A stretch of 64,000 nt of DNA from a virus (lineage: Duplodnaviria; Caudoviricetes). Where the stretch lies: the IMG/VR virus record IMGVR_UViG_3300022377_000098, positions 1-64,000 of that record; one strand, written 5' to 3'. A model generated the notes under the pieces. It was not told the origin of the DNA and did no database searches. It worked only from the letters and a program-made list of their open reading frames with translations. Both the position numbers and the translations under genes were made by a program. The stretch's first letter is position 1, and the number at the start of each line of letters is the position of its first letter. This document shows positions 57,921-64,000 of the stretch, piece by piece.

Positions 57921-58456
57921 GTTTTATTCGCTTCCTCCTGCTCCTGTGCCTGCTGAATGTAATGATTCACAAATTCTGAAACTGGGCTGTCTTCCACATG
58001 CGGAAATATTCCCATCTCCTGCAATTTGTGCATAGCATCAATAATTGATTGTGATTCCAATTCCAATGCCTTTTTCAGCGTGGCAATCTTATCATCTTTA
58101 GCAGACTTTTCAAGAATCAATTTCACAATCTTGTCTTTGTCTGCTGGGTCGTACCCATTCTGAATAACGGACTCTTGGATCATGGAATTTGCTCTCCAAC
58201 CTTGATTCTCCTTTTGCAGCCGTTCCACCTCGGCAAGCAGTTCAGGAACATCGGTACGAGAATGGGCGATAAATTCAGCATCTTCATGTTTGAGCCAACA
58301 TTCACGACCTTTTACGTGTGATACAATCGGAGTATAACGAGCGCCACGTGCATTTTCATGTGAATTTACAATTTCATCTTCAAATGCAATCCATTCTCCT
58401 GCTGTTGCTTTTTCGCACCGTGCCTTGATTTCTTCCAGATATTTAGCGTCCATCAT
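57917..58456 (-). CDS. Hypothetical phage protein (ead/Ea22-like N-terminus)
   Basis: L.EIKARCE.AT.G.W...DAEFIAHSR.DVP.LL.EVERL. Confidence 0.65.
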   Translation of the reverse strand: MMDAKYLEEIKARCEKATAGEWIAFEDEIVNSHENARGARYTPIVSHVKGRECWLKHEDAEFIAHSRTDVPELLAEVERLQKENQGWRANSMIQESVIQNGYDPADKDKIVKLILEKSAKDDKIATLKKALELESQSIIDAMHKLQEMGIFPHVEDSPVSEFVNHYIQQAQEQEEANKT

Positions 58457-58758
58457 TGTCCCTCCTTTCTATAATTATCAATCGCTTTCTGTGCTGCTTC
58501 CTCAAAGTTTGGGAAAGGCTTTGAAAGCTGCACCAGCAAAATGATTTTATCTCCTGTGTCCGGCACAATTTGAACCAGTTTCATCTTTACTGTGCTTGCC
58601 AATGTTGCGACTATGCTTTCATCTGCGCAATTTGCCATCACCAGATAAATATGCATCCGGTTTTTACGCATAAAAGAAACCGATGTTTCGTTGAAAGCAT
58701 TTTTATCCATCACAGCCAAATATTGTCCGTTCCCTTTTGGACTCTTGGCCATTTTCAC
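58453..58758 (-). CDS. Hypothetical protein (may extend to an ATG-TAG start at 58860)
   Basis: Track ORF; the frame stays open upstream to ATG TAG at 58860-58855. Confidence 0.55.
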   Translation of the reverse strand: MKMAKSPKGNGQYLAVMDKNAFNETSVSFMRKNRMHIYLVMANCADESIVATLASTVKMKLVQIVPDTGDKIILLVQLSKPFPNFEEAAQKAIDNYRKEGQ

Positions 58759-58958
58759 GTCGAAAAGGATTACTGGATTTCCGAACTTTTTGAACCTTTT
58801 CTTCTTGCAAAACTCATAAGAAATATCCGTGTAATCATCCCCATAATTATTTTTCTACATATATATTGTATATAATTTGAACGGATTTCGTCACTGAAAA
58901 CCCATGAACAGGATGTGAAGTGGTAAAGAAAAGGCACCCATTTCTGAGTGCTAATTCA

Positions 58959-59204
58959 TTACCACAAATACCATTCGTAATCAACATACTTCTGATATCC
59001 GCCGTAATTCGGAATATTTGAAGTGTGCCTGATTTTTCTGTTAGTTGTGTTTTTCGCAAGTGACCTGCATCCACTAATGTACATTTGCTTCAAACGGTTG
59101 TCACTGCTATAGATGTAATAGCAGCCCTGTGCCTTTAGCTTTTCAATTCTATGCTTGTCCTCAACCGTTCTTGCATGTCCGTTGCCCTTCTTCCAGTGAA
59201 CCAT
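58959..59204 (-). CDS. Hypothetical protein
   Basis: GGAGG RBS; basic 81-aa ORF. Confidence 0.55.
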   Translation of the reverse strand: MVHWKKGNGHARTVEDKHRIEKLKAQGCYYIYSSDNRLKQMYISGCRSLAKNTTNRKIRHTSNIPNYGGYQKYVDYEWYLW

Positions 59205-59250
59205 ATGTGCCTCCTTTACGGCGGATGAATGTGTATGTACCGGCTCTTAC

Positions 59251-59598
59251 TCACAGCTTCTTGCCGCCATGACGATACGGTCTTGACTTGTTGTAAATAT
59301 CTTTCTGTTTGACGATTGATTCCATGTCAATGCCGTTTTGCCCTGCCCAGTCCAAAATGCGGATAAGGCAATCAGCCATTTCCACGGCGACTCCATCCGG
59401 TTTGCCTGAATTGTGTCCTGTACCATCTTGAATCCAATAATAATTTGGCTGTCCCTCTCTGTACGCCTGCAACGCTTCTGAAAGTTCGCTGTGACAGAGT
59501 GCCACAACTTCACCGAATGACGGTTCCTTGTCCGGCTCGTGCCATCCGTGCTCGGTTGCTGTTTTGTTTACTTCTTTAGACCATTCTGTAAGATTCAT
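59251..59598 (-). CDS. MazG-like nucleotide pyrophosphohydrolase
   Basis: HGW....L.HSE.SEAL...E.AD..IRILD....K..YN..R.YRHGGK motif. Confidence 0.75.
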   Translation of the reverse strand: MNLTEWSKEVNKTATEHGWHEPDKEPSFGEVVALCHSELSEALQAYREGQPNYYWIQDGTGHNSGKPDGVAVEMADCLIRILDWAGQNGIDMESIVKQKDIYNKSRPYRHGGKKL

Positions 59599-59662
59599 GT
59601 ATTATTTTCCTCCATATATTTTGGCCTGTACCACCACACCCACCCAGCCAAACTATTCTACT

Positions 59663-60100
59663 TTAGAAAGGCAAATCCGAGTCATCCGGCAGACTTTCAA
59701 AGTCGCCCGAATTGTTGCCTTTACTGCGCTCTGACTTTGGCTGTGTAGCTGCCTTTTGCGGAGCGGGTGAACTGTTACCACCATTGCCTTTAGAGCCACA
59801 GAATGACACGTTATCCGCGACAACTTCTGTTTTTTTACGCTTGTTTCCATCCTTGTCGGTGTATGTATCTGTGTGCAAATGCCCCTGAATTGCAATCATG
59901 GAGCCTTTGTCAAAGTACCGACTGATAAATTCCGCTGTCTGCCGCCATGCTGTGCAGTCGATAAAGTCTGCTAGTGAATCTTTCTTCATACCGTCAACGG
60001 CCAGTGAGAAACTGCACACTGCAATGTCGCTCTGCGTGTGACGAAGTTCCGGGTCTGCTGTAAGTCTGCCGGTCAATGCTACAACGTTCAAATTACTCAT
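59663..60100 (-). CDS. ssb: Single-stranded DNA-binding protein
   Basis: N.V.L.GRLT.DPELR.T...ADFI.C.AW; acidic DDSDLPF tail. Confidence 0.93.
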   Translation of the reverse strand: MSNLNVVALTGRLTADPELRHTQSDIAVCSFSLAVDGMKKDSLADFIDCTAWRQTAEFISRYFDKGSMIAIQGHLHTDTYTDKDGNKRKKTEVVADNVSFCGSKGNGGNSSPAPQKAATQPKSERSKGNNSGDFESLPDDSDLPF

Positions 60101-60172
60101 TATTATTTATTACCCCCAAAATGTTTTAGTACACATTCATGTGCGCTGTGTGTTAGGTAATGCGCGCATGAG

Positions 60173-60403
60173 CTATTCAACTTCATCCGACTCTTTTTCG
60201 ATTGGCATTACTTTGTCGAGATACCACTTCGCTTTTTCAAGGTCTTGCGTACCACCTTTGTCTTTCCATCGAAAAAGATACTTGATAGCGTTACCGATGC
60301 AGAATCCCTCAAATCCATTACAATGTGCCACTGCTGATTCAATAGCATCAATGCACTCGACTTTTCCTGCATTGTATCGGTCTGGATGATTTACTTCGCT
60401 CAT
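60173..60403 (-). CDS. DUF3310 / SaV-like protein
   Basis: VNHP..Y..G..ECID.I...F..GN..KY..R...KG...DL.KA.WYL; ends in TAG. Confidence 0.8.
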   Translation of the reverse strand: MSEVNHPDRYNAGKVECIDAIESAVAHCNGFEGFCIGNAIKYLFRWKDKGGTQDLEKAKWYLDKVMPIEKESDEVE

Positions 60404-60723
60404 TTGTCCATCACCTCATAATTTTCTTTTGGAAGCAGGTCTCCCAATCTCAATTCTTCATGGCACACCGTGTCAACGTGCTCCCAAAATATTTCATCTT
60501 CCTGCCGCTCATCTGCCATCTGCACGAACTCGTTCAAAATGGTTCTGCATTTCTCTCCGTCAAACTCATACTTATCACGCAGAGCCACGCAGAACATTTT
60601 CATAGTGCGTCTGGCCGTGTCCTGCTTAATCTGTTCTGCACGCTCGTTTACGTACTTTTCACACTCGCGTGAAATTGTGGATTTCAGCTGCTTTGACGGT
60701 CTGTTACATATGTTTGCTTTCAA
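60400..60723 (-). CDS. Hypothetical protein
   Basis: 107 aa in the early operon. Confidence 0.6.
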   Translation of the reverse strand: MKANICNRPSKQLKSTISRECEKYVNERAEQIKQDTARRTMKMFCVALRDKYEFDGEKCRTILNEFVQMADERQEDEIFWEHVDTVCHEELRLGDLLPKENYEVMDK

Positions 60724-60818
60724 TGCTTTATCACCTACTTTTTATTTGCATTTTATGTGCTTGCCGTGGCAGCCCAGTGCGCGCCGCTGGCAGAGATAGC
60801 AGGCGTTGTCCGGCGCGG

Positions 60819-61007
60819 TCATGGGGTAGGCTCCTTTTTAGCCTCTCTGAATCCCAAGAAATACGCAGTTGAATCTTTAACTGTTTCATAATTAGCGCAG
60901 CTTGAAGCATCTGTGCTTTCTAAGTTTCCGCAATTCCACGCAGAGCAAGCGTTTATATGTATACATTCGGAACACGTTTTCAGCGGAATGTGCTTTTTCC
61001 TATTCAT
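60819..61007 (-). CDS. Hypothetical Cys-rich protein
   Basis: C..C.H...C motif; coupled stop/start. Confidence 0.55.
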   Translation of the reverse strand: MNRKKHIPLKTCSECIHINACSAWNCGNLESTDASSCANYETVKDSTAYFLGFREAKKEPTP

Positions 61008-61441
61008 CCCTTTTCACCTTCTTCCGGCGGGCGGACGTAGGCTTTCCGGCCATCTGCTAATACATCATCCAGCCATTCCCACCCGTGCGCAAAACCAACA
61101 ACGTAGCGATATATTGGTTTGCCATCATCGTCAGCATCAACGCCTTTACGTCCAAGTATCCCGTACCGATTCCACCCGCTTATCCATACCGACTCCCCGT
61201 CCATCTGCCGGAGCTGTTCCAGCGTCAGTGGTTCGTTCGGCTGCTGGGCGCGGCGGTTCCATGCTTCTGCTGCTTGGATTTTCATGGAGTTTTCTATTGC
61301 TATCGGGCTAGTAAAAACGGGTGCCGCTGCTCCACATTGTTCACAATCGTAGCCAACAAGTATGCATTCCTGTAACAACTGCTTTCTGTTATAACGTGCT
61401 TCCCCACCGCAAAACGGGCAAGGCTTCAATTCTTCACTCAT
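61004..61441 (-). CDS. Lar-family (restriction alleviation-like) protein
   Basis: ELKPCPFCGGEA...C..CG...A.EAWNRR motif. Confidence 0.75.
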   Translation of the reverse strand: MSEELKPCPFCGGEARYNRKQLLQECILVGYDCEQCGAAAPVFTSPIAIENSMKIQAAEAWNRRAQQPNEPLTLEQLRQMDGESVWISGWNRYGILGRKGVDADDDGKPIYRYVVGFAHGWEWLDDVLADGRKAYVRPPEEGEKG

Positions 61442-61451
61442 TGGTTTCCTC

Positions 61452-61715
61452 CTATCGTAACTCGTTGTAAATTATTATGCTTAACTTTTCTCCCAGCCAA
61501 TTCAAACCTTCGTGTGTAAGCCAGCAACTACCTTTCCCATCATCTGCTGCATAACCAGCGTCAACCATCACTTTCCACGCTTCATCTAACTTTTCTCCGC
61601 AATCAAAGTAATTCCGGTACGGCTTGTAAAACGCTTTGCCATGCCGATGATAAGGCTTCTTATAGTCAAGTCCGATGCAGTGCTTTGCAAGTTCAATGTA
61701 CTCACTTTCAGGCAT
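61452..61715 (-). CDS. Hypothetical phage protein
   Basis: HCIGLD.K.PY.RHGK.FY.PYRNY; ends in TAG that overlaps the next RBS. Confidence 0.65.
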   Translation of the reverse strand: MPESEYIELAKHCIGLDYKKPYHRHGKAFYKPYRNYFDCGEKLDEAWKVMVDAGYAADDGKGSCWLTHEGLNWLGEKLSIIIYNELR

Positions 61716-62190
61716 TATTTTCCTCCTTCGGCGCTTCCGGCAGTGGCATCCAATATAAAACCGTGCTCATTAAACGCCCTCCATCTTCATATTTAAATTC
61801 CTTTGATTCCTTACCAAACTTAACTGGATATACATCTCCATCTTCGTCACAGATAATAATAGGAATGAAGATATCTTCGGCATAATCTGGTAAATCTTCG
61901 TCAACTTCCGGCAGCCTGTCCTTAACGCTAATCCAGTGCGGGACCTGCTGTGCCAGCCGGGTATTTTCGGCAAGCGCGGCTTTGAGCTTGTCCCTGTAAG
62001 CATCACGCTCGGCGGCAAGGGATTCCAGTGCGTCGGCGGTAGCAAGATTCATACGTTCTGTGTAATCCATCACGGTTACCCCAAATGGACAGTCTTTCTG
62101 CCCGGTAACGCAGGTTTCACCATTTTTTGTTTTCTCGGCACACAGGCGCATTGCCTTAACCAGTTCTTCTACGGTCAATTCTTCGCTCAT
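61708..62190 (-). CDS. DUF551-domain protein
   Basis: WISVKDRLPE...V.YWMPLPE.P motif. Confidence 0.75.
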   Translation of the reverse strand: MSEELTVEELVKAMRLCAEKTKNGETCVTGQKDCPFGVTVMDYTERMNLATADALESLAAERDAYRDKLKAALAENTRLAQQVPHWISVKDRLPEVDEDLPDYAEDIFIPIIICDEDGDVYPVKFGKESKEFKYEDGGRLMSTVLYWMPLPEAPKEENNA

Positions 62191-62465
62191 TATTTACTCG
62201 CTTTCTGGCACTCCAGTGCCTTAATCAGCGTCGGAACATCCATCATTGAATCAAAAATAGCGTTCACAGATGCACCTCTTTGCCTTGCCTTTTCAAAGCG
62301 CATCTTTATGGCAAGTAACTGCTTTTCATCCATTGAAAGCCCTCCTGATTCTTCTCCAAGCGCATTCAAACCAGCTATCCCATGCACTGCATTTGTGATG
62401 GTCGTTGCACCCTGCATTCTTAATTGGACACGTTGCACATGGGTAGATACTCTCAATCCACTCAC
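62190..62465 (-). CDS. Hypothetical protein
   Basis: 91 aa, coupled to the helicase stop codon. Confidence 0.5.
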   Translation of the reverse strand: MSGLRVSTHVQRVQLRMQGATTITNAVHGIAGLNALGEESGGLSMDEKQLLAIKMRFEKARQRGASVNAIFDSMMDVPTLIKALECQKASK

Positions 62466-63721
62466 GCAATTTGTTTTCCATTTGGTTCACCCGCTTTCGC
62501 ATCAATCCATGTAAATCTCTGAAAATCCCCATTGAACGAAAAAGGTATTTTCCCAATCCTACCTTTCTTGTTCTTAACAATGCACAAGTCGCGCTTGTCC
62601 GGCTGCTTATCATCATAGTTAAGCAACATGATTGCATCTGCGTCCTGCTCAATTTGTCCAGACTCTCTTAGGTCTGTCATTTTCGGGTCTGCAGCACCGG
62701 CTCTGTTTAACTGTGACAGCGCAACAATCAATACGTTATCTGCCTGTGCCATTGTGTGCAAGTCAATAGAAATGTTTGTTGCTTTCTCCACGCGGTCTTT
62801 ACCGTAGCTTTTTAGCAGTTGCAAGTAGTCAATAAAGATAATGTCATATCCTTTTACAATCGTTTCTGACCGTACCTTTTCAACACTCCAACCAGCCGCT
62901 GGAATCACCTCAAACTGCAATTTCATGAAGCTATCGCCGGATTCCGTCATAGCAATGAAATCTTCATCATCCATTTTGCCAGTTTGAATTGCATTGTAAG
63001 AAATCCGTGCATAGTTTGAAATCAGTCTGTCGGCAACAGTCTTTTTCCCGGTTTCCAGAGAAAAATATCCAACCTTATATGGCCTATCGTTTTTCTTTGG
63101 GTTTGCCATGTGCAGCATTAGCTGCAAAGTGAAAGCCGTTTTGCCTGCGGACGGTCTACCACCAACGACTACATAGTCTCCTTTGTCCATAAATATGTAA
63201 TCATCCAGCTTTTTGAATCCACTTGAAATATGATGTTGCTCCCCTTGATGGTCTGCCCGGTGCGTAAAATCAATGAACAATTCTGCGGCGCTTGACGCTT
63301 TGGAGTCTGACCGGTCAACAAACGATTTTGTAATTTCTGCCGCCATCTTTCGGCAATCGTCAACTGGTGTAGACTCGTCAATTCCAGAAAGCATATTAGC
63401 AGCTTTCGTGTACGCTTCCTGCTTCTCTGAACGTTCTCGCACTTGCTGAATGTACTCTGCCGTATGACTAAGTGTGGGTACGCTTTGTGATGCCTCCAAA
63501 AGCACTTGCCTGTATTCTGGAGTTAGGTGTGACATGACAGTGACAAAATCAATCGCCGTTCCTGCTTTGTAAAGTTCCTCACAAACGGAATACGCCGTGT
63601 GGAACTCTGGTACAAGAAAATCATCACTTGACAAATGCATTGCAGCAAGTGGCATAGTCTTTTTTGAGTCAAGGAACAGTGCGCCAATAACTGCCTGCTC
63701 TGCTTCGTAATTAGGTTTCAA
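62462..63721 (-). CDS. dnaB: DnaB-like replicative helicase
   Basis: EAEQAVIGAL, GGRPSAGKT, FSLE, IDYLQL, LSQLNR, DLRESGQIEQDAD motifs. Confidence 0.93.
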   Translation of the reverse strand: MKPNYEAEQAVIGALFLDSKKTMPLAAMHLSSDDFLVPEFHTAYSVCEELYKAGTAIDFVTVMSHLTPEYRQVLLEASQSVPTLSHTAEYIQQVRERSEKQEAYTKAANMLSGIDESTPVDDCRKMAAEITKSFVDRSDSKASSAAELFIDFTHRADHQGEQHHISSGFKKLDDYIFMDKGDYVVVGGRPSAGKTAFTLQLMLHMANPKKNDRPYKVGYFSLETGKKTVADRLISNYARISYNAIQTGKMDDEDFIAMTESGDSFMKLQFEVIPAAGWSVEKVRSETIVKGYDIIFIDYLQLLKSYGKDRVEKATNISIDLHTMAQADNVLIVALSQLNRAGAADPKMTDLRESGQIEQDADAIMLLNYDDKQPDKRDLCIVKNKKGRIGKIPFSFNGDFQRFTWIDAKAGEPNGKQIA

Positions 63722-64000
63722 GGCAGATAATCACCTACCCCAACTGTACTTTTCGGTTCTTCTTTCTGACGATAGCTGCTGTAACCGCCATTGTTGCTTC
63801 CCCCTCTGTCCTGTTTGCGCGACAACCATGAATTTGCAAACCGTACAATGCCTTTTCTGGTTTTGCGCTTTGTAGGATTTGAGTCAAGCCAGCCTTTCAT
63901 GTTGCGTAATTCCTGCATTACATCAACCGCCGGATACAACTGATACCATTCGTCAACTTGCTTTTGCGTAACGCCAAACTCCGATTTGTCATTCAGCATA
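63718..64000 (-). CDS. C-terminal part of phage replication initiator (5' truncated by window edge)
   Basis: W...YPAVDV.QEL..M.GW...NP.KRKT..GI.RF...WL.R.QD.GG motif; directly upstream of dnaB. Confidence 0.8.
   Translation of the reverse strand, partial: MLNDKSEFGVTQKQVDEWYQLYPAVDVMQELRNMKGWLDSNPTKRKTRKGIVRFANSWLSRKQDRGGSNNGGYSSYRQKEEPKSTVGVGDYLP

Larger units (their letters stand above)
23660..64000. mobile_element. Prophage 2 (partial; continues beyond the window) with amber-recoded late genes
   Basis: Complete lysis-tail-head-terminase order, then early/replication genes; its integrase is not in the window. Confidence 0.9.

Overview
AT-leaning Firmicutes (Clostridia-like) DNA made of two tandem siphovirus-type prophages inserted at the 3' part of a minus-strand tRNA-Gly(CCC). 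Prophage 1 (~29-23682, 23.6 kb) is bounded by a 26-bp direct repeat. It has integrase, repressor, replication, sigma-like, HK97-type head and long-tail genes, but no lysis cassette, helicase or separate tail fibre. Prophage 2 (from ~23660 to beyond the window end) has lysis, tail, head, an intein-containing terminase, tRNAs and early/replication genes. Main result: 11 late genes of prophage 2 (terminase, portal, major capsid, connector, major tail, chaperone, tape measure and others) are interrupted by 16 in-frame TAG codons. There are no TAA/TGA interruptions or frameshifts, and 14 of the 16 TAGs lie in the first 47 codons. The same prophage encodes a 76-nt tRNA with a CUA anticodon on a tRNA-Lys-type body. 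The TAG positions fit Lys in remembered homolog consensus sequences. This points to a conditional TAG->Lys 'amber lock' on virion genes rather than the known TAG->Gln phage code. Prophage 1 carries a second, co-varying CUA suppressor although none of its own genes appears to need it, and it shares several modules with prophage 2, which suggests a satellite-like or interfering relationship. Protein family calls come from motif recognition only; no database searches were run.
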